This document shows, one piece after another, positions 1 to 13,902 of a stretch of DNA of 64,000 nucleotides (its first letter is position 1; each line of letters begins with the position of its first letter). The stretch is taken from assembly GCA_964016885.1 (NCBI GenBank), contig OZ024747.1, positions 54,126,001 to 54,190,000 on the forward strand. The letters run 5' to 3'. The notes under the pieces are model-generated. The model was not told the DNA's origin. It ran no database searches and saw only the letters and a program-made list of their open reading frames with translations. This stretch comes from Eledone cirrhosa. Lineage: Eukaryota. The position numbers were made by a program, and so were the translations under genes.

Positions 1-1760
1 TTGTTGCTGTTATTGTTGTTGTGAGTGTTGGTGTCCTTATTGTTGCTGTTATTGTTGTTGTGAGTGTTGGTGTCTCTATTGTTGCTGTTATTGTTGTTGT
101 GAGTGTTGGTGTCCTTATTGTTGCTGTTATTGTTGTTGTGAGTGTTGGTGTCCCTATTGTTGCTGTTATTGTTGTTGTGCGTGTTGGTGTCCTTATTGTT
201 GCTGTTATTGTTGTTGTGAGTGTTGGTGTCTCTATTGTTGCTGTTATTGTTGTTGTGATTGTTGGTGTCCTTATTGTTGCTGTTATTGTTGTTGTGAGTG
301 TTGGTGTCCTTATTGTTGCTGTTATTGCTGTTGTGAGTGTTGGTGTCCCTATTGTTGCTGTTATTGTTGTTGTGAGTGTTGGTGTCCTTATTGTTGCTGT
401 TATTGTTGTTGTGAGTGTTGGAATCCCTATTGTTGCTGTTATTGTTGTTGTGATTGTTGGTGTCCTTATTGTTGCTGTTATTGTTGTTGTGAGTGTTGGT
501 GTCCTTATTGTTGCTGTTATTGTTGTTGTGAGTGTTGGTGTCCCTATTGTTGCTGTTATTGTTGTTGTGAGTGTTGGTGTCCCTATTGTTGCTGTTATTG
601 TTGTTGTGAGTGTTGGTGTCCTTATTGTTGCTGTTATTGTTGTTGTGAGTGTTGGTGTCCCTATTGTTGCTGTTATTGTTGTTGTGAGTGTTGGTGTCCC
701 TATTGTTGCTGTTATTGTTGTTGTGAGTGTTGGTGTCCTTATTGTTGCTGTTATTGTTGTTGTGCGTGTTGGTGTCCTTATTGTTGCTGTTATTGTTGTT
801 GTGAGTGTTGGTGTCTCTATTGTTGCTGTTATTGTTGTTGTGAGTGTTGGTGTCCTTATTGTTGCTGTTATTGCTGTTGTGAGTGTTGGTGTCCCTATTG
901 TTGCTGTTATTGTTGTTGTGAGTGTTGGTGTCCTTATTGTTGCTGTTATTGTTGTTGTGAATGTTGGAATCCCTATTGTTGCTGTTATTGTTGCTGTGAT
1001 TGTTGGTGTCCTTATTGTTGCTGTTATTGTTGTTGTGAGTGTTGGTGTCATTATTGTTGCTGTTATTGTTGTTGTGAGTGTTGGTGTCCCTATTGTTGCT
1101 GTTATAGTTGTTGTGAGTGTTGGTGTCCTTATTGTTGCTGTTATTGTTGTTGTGAGTGTTGGTGTCCTTATTGTTTCTGTTATTGCTGTTGTGAGTGTTG
1201 GTGTCCCTATTGTTGCTGTTATTGTTGTTGTGAGTGTTGGTGTCCCTTTTGTTGCTGTTATTGTTGTTGTGAGTGTTGGTGTCCTTATTGTTGCTGTTAT
1301 TGTTGTTGTGAGTGTTGGTGTCCCTATTGTTGCTGTTATTGTTGTTGTGATTGTTGGTGTCCTTATTGTTGCTGTTATTGTTGTTGTGAGTGTTGGTGTC
1401 CTTATTGTTGCTGTTATTGTTGTTGTGAGTGTTGATGTCCCTATTGTGGCTGTTATTGTTGTTCTGACTGTTGGTGTCCCTATTGTTGCTGTTATTGTTG
1501 TTGTGAGTGTTGGTGTCCCTATTGTTGCTGTTATTGTTGTTGTGAGTGTTGGTGTCCTTATTGTTGCTGTTATTGTTGTTGTGTGTGTTGGTGTCCCTAT
1601 TGTTGTTGTTAGTGTTGTTGTGAGTGTTGGTGTCCCTATTGTTGTTGTTATTGTTGTTGTGAGTGTTGGTGTCCCTATATAACTGTTATTGTTGTTGTGA
1701 GCGTTGGTGTCCCTATTTTTGCTGTTATTGTTGTTGTGAGTGTTGGTATCTTTATTGTTG
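1..1760. repeat. 39-bp minisatellite (GTGAGTGTTGGTGTCCTTATTGTTGCTGTTATTGTTGTT)n, about 45 copies, runs off the window start
   Basis: Unit read directly. The 553-aa Val-rich ORF is a by-product of a stop-free unit whose length is a multiple of 3. Confidence 0.95.
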
Positions 1761-2409
1761 ACGTTATTGTTGTCGTTAGTGTGGTGGTGTTATTGGTGTT
1801 AGTGTGGTGGTGTCGTTGTTAGTGCTGCTGTTGTTATTGGTGTTTTTATTGTTGTGGTTAGTGTTAGTATTGTTATTTTGCTCTTTTTGTTGTTGTTAGT
1901 GCTGATGTCGTTATTGTTGTTGTTATTGTTGTTGTTATTGTTGGTTTAGTTATTGTTGCTGTTATTTTAGTTGTTAGTGTTATTGTCATTATCGTTGTTG
2001 TTATTATAGGCGTCGTTGTTATTGCTCTTATTGTTGTTATTGTTATTTTAATTCTCACTTTTTATGAGTTATTCTCAATTTAATTTTAATTTTAATACAT
2101 TTTATCTCCTTACTTTTTTAGTATTTAATTTCTTACAATATATTTTTCTTCTCACATTTCCCTCTTTAAGTTGTTGTTGTTTCTGTATTTTCCTTCTAGT
2201 GTTTTCCCTGTTATTGTTCTTGATATTATTGAAGCTGTGTAAATAACCATCACTTTGTTCTCATTATTGTCCTTCTAAGTATTTCTAGGATTTATATTGC
2301 TACAAGTTGGCTTCTATTATTTCTAGCTTTTAAATTTTATAATTTCTTTTTCTTTATCAAATTAACTGTTATTTTACATCTTATTGCCGTCATCAATAAC
2401 ACCTCACGC

Positions 2410-2523
2410 GTAGTAGTAGTAGTAGTAGCAGTAGTAGTAGTAGTAGTAGTAGTAGCAGCAGCAGCAGCAGCAGTAGCAGCAGCAGTAGTAATAGTAGTAG
2501 TAGTAGTAGTAGTAGTAGTATTG

Positions 2524-2564
<41 letters not shown>

Positions 2565-2900
2565 GGTTGTGGTGGTTGCAGTGGTGGTGGTGTGGTGGTA
2601 GTAGTGGTGGTAGTAGTAATAGTGGTGGTGGTAGTGGAAGTGTTGGTTGCAATGGTTGTGGCGGTGGCGGTAGTGTTAGTAATTGTTGCTGTGTTTCGCT
2701 GGTGGTGGTAGTGGTGGTGGTGTTTGTGGTCGTGATGGTGGTTGTGGTGTTGTTGTTGTTGGTTATGGTAGGGGTGGAAGTGGTTGTGATAGTAGTGGTT
2801 ACAGTAGTAGTAGTGGTGTTTGAGGTAGTGGTGGTTGCAGTGGTTGTGGAGGTGGAAGTTGTGGGGGTGGAGGTTGTGGTGGTGGTAGTAGTGGTGGTTG
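2410..2900. repeat. Compound (TAG)n/(CAG)n/(TGG)n microsatellite and low-complexity region
   Basis: Trinucleotide runs seen directly. Confidence 0.9.
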
Positions 2901-3674
2901 CAGTTTTTTTTATTGTTCGTAATGCTTATGTCGAAGTTGTTTAACAACCTTTTGAAATATTTTTTCTTACAGCATTATTTTACTATTCCTATATTTATCT
3001 GTGTTCAGATTTTTAAATTTTTCTTTTCCTGCTGCTGTTGTTGTTGTTGATATTGTTGTTGTTGTTATCACCATTATATCTTTGTTGTTATTGTCGCTTT
3101 TATGTTATTTTATATATATATCCTTTTTTCATTCTTATTGCCATCATCAATAATTTTCCTCATTGATGCTATTCTTCTTGTTATTCCCCTTTTTCTCATT
3201 ATCACCATTATTATTATTGTTATTATTGTTGTTATTATTATTATTATCATCATTATCAGTGTTTTTTTATTATTATTATTAGTGTTATCTTACAGTGATT
3301 TATTGAGAGAATATTCTTTATTTTGTGTTGTATTGTTCTGTTTTTACTTAGATGCTTGTTTCATTATTTTTTCTTGCCTCGTCAGATTTTAGTTTATAGT
3401 TTTATTTTTAAAACAATTTTCTATTGATTTTTCAATTTTTATGTTTGGTTTGAGAAATTGAACGTTATTTTTGTATATTTTTCCATTCGTATTACTTAAA
3501 TTCAAAACGTTTTTACAGCAATTAATTTAAAACGTAATTGCTTGTAACTAAATGTTAAGCTATGTTTACGTTCCCAGACAAATACACAACACACACAAGC
3601 AAACACATACATATACATACTCACAAAAGATAGGAGCAATGTATATATATCTATATATATATGTATATATATCA

Positions 3675-3749
<75 letters not shown>

Positions 3750-3895
3750 CATACATATATATATATATATACATACACATATATATATACATATATATAT
3801 ATATTTATTTATTTATTATATATACATACACATATATATATACATATATATATATATATTTATTTATTTATTCATGTAAGCACGCACGTATATAT

Positions 3896-3955
<60 letters not shown>

Positions 3956-4488
3956 ATATATTCACTTGCATACACAAATATTTATAGAAGAATAAGCACA
4001 CAAAAATGAGTATATAAATGTGTGTTTATTCATAAATATAGATATTTGCGGATAGGTTTCCCATATACATATGTCTTTGTGTGAGTGTATATATGCGTGT
4101 CTGTGTGTGTATGTTTGCACGTCTTTGTATCTATATGTGTGAGTGTGTGTGTGCGTATGTATATGTATATATATAAACCTACTTTGTCACAAAACTGAGG
4201 ACACGAGAGTTTCATGACTTTATTTCGGTATAATAAATCTTATTTCTTATTTTAGTTGGATTACTATACTTCCTAAGATTTTGAACGTAATTTTCAGTAT
4301 CAATTTTAATATATATATTGCTATTGTTGTTTGTTATTGTGGCTTTCATTTTGTCTTCATATATTTTCTTTGGCATGTGCATAGAAATAAGTCTTGTAGT
4401 TAATGCTTTAGCAACAAATTTATATATTTTTTCAGTTGCTTCAAAGACACACAGACGCACAGACACACACACACCACACATACACACG

Positions 4489-4519
<31 letters not shown>

Positions 4520-4686
4520 GTATCCAAAAATATAGGCACATGACCGTATTCTCAATATCTTTATCTACTGGTGGCCTTTGTTATTATTATTATTTTATTA
4601 TTATTATTGCCACTTTTTTCCAGTCTATATTTCATAAAAATTATTCTCATCCAACATTCACCCCACTCTTGTTAGTGATGTTTTCT

Positions 4687-4740
<54 letters not shown>

Positions 4741-4753
4741 CAGCAGCAACAGC

Positions 4754-4793
<40 letters not shown>

Positions 4794-5581
4794 TTGGTTG
4801 TTGTTGGCTATGATAATGCTGCTGCAGTAGTTTGTAAAGTAATTTTGTCTACTTCTTAAAACCATACTTTGATAATTCATCTTGTTTAAAAAAAAAAAAA
4901 TAAATAAATAAAAATAAAAAAAACATAACACCCTCATTACATTGCGTTCTCTAATATAATTTATTCTGTGATTAAGTATGCGTGTATATGTGTGGGTATA
5001 TATATATGTGCGTATTTGTACATTCATATGTTTATGTTTGAGGTGATGACTACACTTTTTTTAAATTTTCAAATACTTAGTTATATCTATATTTACATAC
5101 ACTATATTATTTCGACATATGTCTTCATATTTAAATATTTATTTTCTAATTTATATGTTATAAATATATTTTCTACTTACTTCCTTTTCAGTGGTGGGTG
5201 AGGCAGCGTTACATCCAACGCAACACTGTCTTTCATGATTTGAACATTATCAACTGAATATTTATATCTTTACTCAACATCTATAATTTTAATCACTTCA
5301 GATATTTAAAGATTTTTTTCTATATTTACTTGAAGGATCCAACTTTATATTCTACAAATTGTTAGTTCCATATCTTTACATTTTCATTCTGCCAGATATT
5401 TTGGCGCTAAAGGCAGCAATTCATACAATAACTTTAAGATGGAGGTGATTTTTTTCCTCAAATTTATATATATATATATATATATATTCCATGCCGCATT
5501 ATTGCATCAAATACCCTAGATATGTCTCTCTCTATCCCCCCCCCCCCTGTCTCTCTCTCTCTATATATATATACATATACA

Positions 5582-5639
<58 letters not shown>

Positions 5640-5664
5640 TATAAATATATATTATATATATATA

Positions 5665-5713
<49 letters not shown>

Positions 5714-6489
5714 TGTATTTTTGCCTGTGTGTATGTGTGTGATCACATGTTTAATGTATGTAACGATATCTTATTCACACAGTAGCAATGTATGCGAGAA
5801 ATGACATTCATTGTGATGTAAATTTCGTCAGACATTAGCTAATGCTCTCGTTCTGTTATCGATGAGATGTGAGTTCCGATATGGTTGACACTAAATCTTT
5901 TATATCTAATATATATTTGTGAAATGGGTGGTGGTTGAAATTCAGATGTGCACGGTTAAATGGTAGTAGACGTGGTGGGACTGACATGAAAATTTACACA
6001 CCTATGTAAAAAGTGCCATGGAAACAAATAGACGAGGTTTCAAATCTCTAACTTGAAAATTCTGGTCCCTGGGGCCCCAAAACTATCGCGTTCGGCGAGT
6101 TATTTACCCCTGTTCTAATACTTTTGTCTTATTTACAATTTCATACAAATAAAGCAGTAAATAAAAGATTATTAGATAATATCAACTGTAATGTATGTAT
6201 GCATGTATTTATGTGTTTATATGAGCGGGGATATGCAAGTAAATCTTACTTTGTGGACAGCTTATCCTTAGCATAATATTCATGCTAGAACAGCATATAT
6301 TTGAAAGTTTTCAGGGAGTTGAATTACTGATTTTGGATCGGCAGCTTTAGCTTTGAAAAAATGAAATGTGCAGTGTAAACATTTTTTATTATTCCTCCGG
6401 GGATGAATCTTCTCTGCATTTTTCCATCTCTTTCTTTCTCTCTGGAAGAAATCAGCCGTAGTAAGACCTAAAAAAAAATGGTTAGATAC

Positions 6490-6627
6490 ACCATGACGCA
6501 CCGTGCATCACAGTGGAGTTGAAAAGCAGACTCAGAACATGGCGTTGTGTGGGGGTGGCTCGCAGCCCAATGTTCCAGGGGGAGCCAAAGAAGAAGAAGA
6601 AGAAAAAAAAAGAAAAAGAAGAAGAAG
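6490..6627 (+). mobile_element. Possible decayed 3' end of an RTE-type LINE with (AAG)n tail
   Basis: GC-richer segment ending ...CCAATGTTCCAGGGGGAGCCAAAG followed by (AAG)n. Resembles RTE 3' termini, but recognition is weak. Confidence 0.3.
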
Positions 6628-7409
6628 TGAGCTGGAGTCCTATCAAATATGTAGGTTGTGTCTTAAATTGAAGGTTTAGTAGAAACAATTCATGTATAGT
6701 TTTGTACTTTTCTTTTTGTCATTCATATATAAACAAATCAACTATATAAATTGGAAGTGGTCGGACGTTGTATATGTAGGTGTAGTCGGATAAACGTCGA
6801 AACGGCTTGGTGGAATGCAGCGAAAATTTACACAGTTATGCAGAATGACCTGAGGAGGCGTTGGGTCGACTTTCAAGCTACACTCTTCCATAGTTACTTG
6901 GAAAATCGATGAAACAGGAATTTCCCATTCAAATTGAACTGAGAGTAATCTGTGAACGCAGAAGTAATTATTTCGAGAAACGTTGCAACCGAACGAAAAC
7001 AGGGAGACGATATTTTGATTCGTGAAGACGTTCCCTGGCAATGAACGGGAAAAAAGCGAGGATAATACGTCGTTATGTGGAGCGTGAAGAACAATTTCAT
7101 GCAAAGACAAGACCAAGTTTATGGTATAAATGGAGTCGTTAGACTAATATTCTATTTAAAATAACAGAATGATTTCCAGCCCCGGAGTTTAAGAATGATG
7201 TAAATAAAATTGAAAACGAAAATGACAGAGGTTATTAAAATAGTAAATGTAAATAGTGAAGATTTAGGCCAGTACATACGTATGCCCCGACGGATATACA
7301 AATACATACGCACACACAAATACATACCCCCCCCCCCCACAAATACATACCCCTCCCCCCACACAAACACAAACACACACACACGCACGCACGCACGCGC
7401 GTATGTATA

Positions 7410-7851
7410 AACCTTATGCATTTCTACAGTATTTTCACCAAACTGAAGACAGACATAGGTTACTTATGTACTCCGGATGGTCTGGGCGCTGTCATTTTTC
7501 CAGATATTGATTATAGGGCCCCCCGGCAGGTAACCCCTTTAACCACTTTAACCACTTCCTTTGAGTCGACTGAAGCACTGCAGTGCAATGGAACAAAACG
7601 TCATAACTTCTGGAGTTCGCAACCGATTTTCACAAAACTTGACACATGGGCTACGTTTGTCATACACATGAATGTGAACTCTCAGAATTGGCACATATTG
7701 GGTAGGGGACCCCTGGGGGCAGGAACCCCCTTTTGGAAAAAGCCGATGATTTTGTAAAGGTATAGTTTTCGAAGCAGCACTGAAGTATTGACATAAATGG
7801 TATACACAACTGCTATTTAATATCCGAGCAACGCCGGGTACCTCTGCTAGT
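7410..7851 (+). mobile_element. Non-autonomous Helitron-like element remnant (3' hairpin + CTAG|T)
   Basis: CCGAGCAACGCCGGG hairpin at about 7824-7838, then CTAG (7847-7850) and T. 5' boundary uncertain. Confidence 0.55.
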
Positions 7852-8203
7852 ATACTTTGTTTGTGGTTTGGCCGAATTATTACTTCGTTTTGTCTTTCAT
7901 ATATATGTAACATATTAGTTCCAGGTTCTTATCTTTTTGGTGTCATATTCCATAGCGTCCGGTTGACCCAATACTTTTGAATGATATTGGGTAGATGGAA
8001 ACTGTTTAAAAAACCCTGCTAGTGATAAAAACGCATAGGCGCTTGGATATAGCACAGACACGAGTACCCTAATTCTCAGGAGGATTCAGCGTGATTTATT
8101 GTACTAGAATTCTTTTTCAACATGCTGACGCGTATGTGTATATGTGCATGCGTGTGTGTATATAAATTGTTTAGTGAATGTTAGACGCTGTTTTCTGTAG
8201 TTT

Positions 8204-8410
8204 GTCATCATCCCTTCCTTCCTCAGTCATATATCGTGCGTGATGTCATCATCCCTTCCATCATCAATTGTCTCTAGAGTTTGACGCCATCACCCCTTCC
8301 TTTCTCACTTTTCTCTAGTGCGTGATGTCCTCACCCCTTCCTTCCTCAATCATCTCTCGTGAGTGACGTTATTACCCCTTCTTTCTCCAGTCATCTCTAG
8401 TGTGTGACGG
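8204..8410. repeat. Diverged ~41-bp minisatellite, about 5 copies
   Basis: Recurring GTGATGTCATCATCCCTTCCTTCCTCAGTCAT-like unit. Confidence 0.8.
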
Positions 8411-9583
8411 AAGGACGGATGTCGCTCAAATTTATATATTGATAACAAGGCTAGCTCTTTGGCAGACACAGACCATCAGCCGAGATTCTAAACAGTTTCC
8501 ATCAACACAATTTCCTTTACACTGCATTAGTCGACTCAATGAGACACACCTATGATGCCATACATGGGGTATCGAAAACGTTACCTAATGAAGTGGACAT
8601 TTTATCCATTCGGTGATAATGCGCCTTCATTTCCTTATAACCGTATATGTGTATGTCCAGAAACATTCTTCTACTGCTGCAGTTAATCTTAATTCAATAT
8701 ATGAATTTTGGTCTGCATTTCCTGTTTCTGCTGATCAATTCGATACTGAAAAACATTGCCGAGCTTTAAATATTTTCGCAGCATTAAAAACTGCTAACAT
8801 ATGTAATCATCAATCATATCAATAAGATCATTTAAATCCCTTCACTTAATTTCTCAGAACACATTTGCTTCTATTTCATCACCAGATCCCAGTACCAAAT
8901 ATCAATACCTCTTGTAATATTTCTTTATTAATATCGGTTTTTCTTGTTTCTTCCATTCCTTGTGCCCCGAATCACAAATATGACTGTATGGTTAAGATGT
9001 CCAGCAATTTACTGACTTTGACCAGATTCGAACTTAGAGAGTAAAGAGACGGATCAAATATGGTAAGTAATTTTATTCGAAATTCTAACGATTCTACCAA
9101 TTCATATGAATAATATTTTAGCTAAACCCACTGGAACAAACATGTTTTGATTTGTATATATTGGACAAAGACCCACTCTCATGATTTTGACATCTCTGTA
9201 TCCATGTAGACATAAGTTAAGTGAATTAACACATGCAACCCTTTGATGATTATATATTTTTCTTCAGATCTCTTTCTTTGACATAGTTGCCTCGACCCTC
9301 ATCATTGGATTCAGTCCGAGGTTACCTCTTCTCTGGTTAAGTTAACAAGTGTTTAGCCAATTGAATAGCCATCCATCATTTTTATTATAGAAAGACTTAT
9401 TCCAATTCTCTCGGCCTCGATAATCTCTTAATAACACAGAAACAGATCCATCCACTTCATATATATTAATAAGAGTTAATATGCTCAGTCTATTACTCTA
9501 TTTACTGTATTTATTACCATCAGATACTAGAGTTGTAAATAGGAAAATGACAGCAATAGAGTACTAAAGTCATTTTTTCACTT

Positions 9584-9659
<76 letters not shown>

Positions 9660-9788
9660 GGTGTGTGAGAGAGTGTGTGTGTCTGTATGTGTGTGTCTAT
9701 GAGTGCGTGTGTGTAAAATCATGGCAATTATAAAAGTAAGTAAAGCACGCACAAACGCAGAGACACGCAATATTGAAATATCTATACG

Positions 9789-9820
<32 letters not shown>

Positions 9821-9869
9821 TCAAGACCACGGTGTTGTGTAGTTTTCTAATTTGATGTAACACATGGTT

Positions 9870-9951
<82 letters not shown>

Positions 9952-9952
9952 C

Positions 9953-10968
9953 ATTCTCGCTACATTCACCCACCTTTCAACAAACTTGCTAGAAGGCAGC
10001 ACTTGCCTCTCCACTCTGATTTCTCTCTTCAGGTGAAACTTGAAAAAGTTAATTAGGGATTCGCCGAAGAGGAAAGTGTCCTTCTTTAACCCTTTCAACC
10101 TTGTCCACCACACAATCTCTTTCGCCATGGCCACCAGGCAGATGAAAACCGCCTGGCCTTCCTCCTAGAAGGAAGACGGCGAGACCATCTGCACAATGGA
10201 CTCAGTCGATAACTGGATCAGTCCTACACGCGACAGCAACTGTTCGACATAGCTCCACAAGTCAGCAATTCTCGGGCACTGAGCGAGTGCGTGCACGACG
10301 GTTTCGTCGCTCTGTGCGCATCTCGGACAGGCTCGGCTGACGGCACTTCCGTGCATGTAGAGCTTATCTCGAACCGGCAACGCTCCCCAGTAGCAGTGCC
10401 AGGCCAGGGATTTTTGGAAGTTACTCATAGGCCCTGGGCTTAAAGTTCTCCGGAAGAGAGCAAATAGCTGATCTTCTTCGACGCCCAGGATCTCTCCGAG
10501 AATGTCGTCGCTCTTCCCCTCCACTAGTGCTCTATAGAACGCCGAGGTGGATGTTTCAGCGATAGTGCTGCCCAGCTGGCAGAGAGCAGTAAGCGCCTGG
10601 AGACATTCCAGTTTCCAAGCGCTATCCCTCGGTCTTTTCCTGACCCAGGACTGCAGCTCCGCCAAGGAGACGAGCTGTGGGAAAACGTGCCTGGCGAACG
10701 GCGACCACACCTGTTCACCGTCAAGGAAGCACCAGAGCTGTCGCAGCCTCACCGCTTGTTTGCACATCATCAGCCATGGCATGCCCAGTCCTCCACGCAA
10801 CGGGTGCTGACAGCAGATGGATCGTCTGGCAATGGGAGCGCGTCCCTTCCATAAGAAGCGGAACAGGAGGCGCGCCATTTTGGTGAGAGTTAGGCCGGGG
10901 CAAGGGACGACGGTGAGGCGGTAGCAGATGACGGATGCGATGTACGCATTCGCCACCTCCGCCTGGCC
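9953..10968 (-). mobile_element. Truncated, diverged L1/Tx1-clade LINE ORF2 fragment, same superfamily as 22041-33479
   Basis: Translation ANAYIASVICYRLTVVPCP...GGLGMPWL...CPRC...HALAQC...KEIVWWTRLKGL aligns by eye with the ORF2 C-terminus. In-frame TAG at 10165-10167. 3' end replaced by (GTA)n. Confidence 0.92.
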
Positions 10969-10984
10969 TTATATGTATATGTAG

Positions 10985-11093
<109 letters not shown>

Positions 11094-11100
11094 TACATAT

Positions 11101-11148
11101 ACAGGAAAGGTGTCAGAACACCGACGACTGAGCTCCGGCCATTTCAAC
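11101..11148 (-). mobile_element. Short (TA)n-embedded fragment with the 3' half of a hammerhead-like motif
   Basis: Minus strand reads GAAA TGGC cggagctca GTCG TC; similar to the neighbouring element at 11199-11387. Confidence 0.5.
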
Positions 11149-11157
11149 ATATATATA

Positions 11158-11198
<41 letters not shown>

Positions 11199-11199
<1 letters not shown>

Positions 11200-11385
11200 C
11201 AAAGGAATTGTGGTAAAGAACCAGATGGCCCATAACGCACCCGAGTACTCAATACTTAGGGTAGTAGAGTGTGAAATAGTAAAAAGTATGACCCGACGGC
11301 AGAGCTCAAGCAGTTTCGACGGCTATTTCTGGACAGAAATAGCTGTCGAAACGGCTTGAGCTCTGCCGTCGGGGTCATACTTTTT

Positions 11386-11387
<2 letters not shown>
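11199..11387. mobile_element. (TA)n-embedded fold-back element (arms 11281-11331 / 11334-11385, plus tail) with a hammerhead 3' half
   Basis: Inverted arms seen directly. + strand: helix II GACAG/CTGTC, GAAA, helix III CGGC/GCCG, TC (GUC triplet). Confidence 0.7.
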
Positions 11388-11428
<41 letters not shown>

Positions 11429-11431
<3 letters not shown>

Positions 11432-11831
11432 GGAGGTGAGTTTTACTGTAGTACAATAAAGCAATGCAGATATCGGAAAGAAGCACTCTACAGTTTGTAG
11501 GACTGGAGTATACATAATATATAAGATCAAAAGATGGTTAAATGAGTGCCATGTATTTTATTATGCGCATTACAAAAACAAATATCATCATGCAATAACA
11601 TTTGTGTTTTCATCAGATAAAATAGGAGGACATGATATGAAGGTTAAAAAACACTTGTGGATAGTGCAGATATGTTAATTTAAAACTGCACTATCCACAA
11701 GTGATTTTTAACCTTCATATCATGTCCTCCTATTTTATCTGATGAAAACACAAATGTTATTGCATGATGATATTTGTTTTTGAAATGCGCATAATAAAAT
11801 ACATGGAACTCATTTAACCATCTTTTGATCT

Positions 11832-11836
<5 letters not shown>
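11429..11836. mobile_element. (TA)n-embedded fold-back element, ~150-bp arms (11520-11669 / 11686-11835) plus ~90-bp tail; Penelope-like pLTR remnant
   Basis: Long near-perfect inverted repeat between (TA)n tracts; contains a hammerhead motif; tail similar to the tail of 58189-58490. Confidence 0.8.
11731..11801 (+). ncRNA. Minimal type I hammerhead ribozyme motif
   Basis: TATTTTAT-CTGATGA-[helix II]-GAAA-T-GCGC-A-TA-ATAAAATA: 8-bp helix I, complete core, palindromic helix III loop. Confidence 0.8.
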
Positions 11837-11862
<26 letters not shown>

Positions 11863-12304
11863 CATACAAAATACTCTAAACACTCGTGTATATACACAAG
11901 TGTGCAGGTATGTTCCCGTGTCTGAATGTGGATGTAGTTTATGTAATTCACTCATAAATTATGTTTAAAACTACATCCAGAGTCACAAGGAGTATAATAT
12001 GTGCTGTGACTGTTTGCTTAAGCAAATTTTTGTCACAAAGTATACAGTAAAGAAGAAACTGTTAATGTAAGTAATACTGTTTGGGTGCGCAAAGCCATTA
12101 AATGTGGTTATTAACATGGAATCAGTGTAAACATAAACACATACACAATCACACACCTGCATGTTCAGGCGTGCGAGCGGCGTATGTACAGATGTGTGTA
12201 TGTATATACAAACATATTTATCATCTTTATATATTTCTACATCTGTGCACTTTTAAAAATGTAATTTATACACACATACATAGAATGAATATAAATATAT
12301 ATAT

Positions 12305-12344
<40 letters not shown>

Positions 12345-12567
12345 TATATAGCATATATACATGAATTAAACCTGCACCGGAATTCAAACTTAAGTCATAA
12401 AATTACATATAAACATAAAAATATCACGCACACGCACACATAATGTAAATAATTACATATAAAATATATTCACACAGACACGAAGTCTCTCTTTCACTCA
12501 CAATCTCTCCCCCTCCCTCTATATATCTATATGTATATATTTATATATATATATCTATATATGTATA

Positions 12568-12612
<45 letters not shown>

Positions 12613-12675
12613 GTATATATATGTATATATATATATATATGTATATATGTATATATAAATATGTATATATATATG

Positions 12676-12706
<31 letters not shown>

Positions 12707-12765
12707 TGTACATGTATATGTACAGTATGTATATACATATATGTATCTATATATATATATGTATA

Positions 12766-12811
<46 letters not shown>

Positions 12812-13506
12812 TGTATACTGTAGATATATATGTACATTATATATATATATAAATACACATATATATACATATATGTATACTGTACATATATATATGTACA
12901 GTATATATATATATGATTTTATATATATATATATATATAATATATATATATATACATATATATATATACTGTACATATATATATGTACAGTATACATATA
13001 TGTATGTACAGTATACATATATGTATATATATATTTATATATATATATATATTTATGTCTCTATATATATATTTATATATGTATGCCTGCATATATATAT
13101 GTCTTTATATATTCATGTAGGAGAATTTGCCTGCATTCAAGTATAAAATTTGTATGCATGTATGTAAGTCTGTAAGCATGTAAGTATATATTAAACATTA
13201 ATGGGCAGCAATTTTACAAGCACAGCCAGGGCAAGTGTTCATGGGTGGTGATGGTATTGATGGTAGTTAGTGTAATGGTGATGGTGGGGCAGTAGTGGAA
13301 TTGGTGGTGTTTGTGGTACTGGTATGAGTGTGGGGAACAGGGATGTTGTGTTTTGTATCTGTAAATTAAAAGAGACACCTAACAGTCTAGCTTCACACAC
13401 ATTCGAAATTCACAAACTCGTTCTGACATTCTGCCAAAAGACTTTGAATCTAACCAGACATTACAAGGGATTTCAAATAGCCCCCTCCCTGCCAACTCAC
13501 ACTGCT

Positions 13507-13609
<103 letters not shown>

Positions 13610-13754
13610 TCACTCTCACCCTCTCTCTCTCTCTCCCCTCTCTCTCATTTTTCTCTATATCTCACCCTCAACACAAGACTCTTCATCCCACACACCCCGA
13701 TGCATATTTAGAAAGAGAGAGAGAAAAAGAGAGATAAAGACGTGTACGTTTATA

Positions 13755-13797
<43 letters not shown>

Positions 13798-13869
13798 ATA
13801 TATATATAATTTATACGTGTATATATATATACATGTATACATACATACATACATACATACATACATACA

Positions 13870-13902
<33 letters not shown>

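Noticed and set aside
21-1682. 553-aa hydrophobic ORF
   Set aside because: Translation of the 39-bp tandem repeat; GTG start and no domain.
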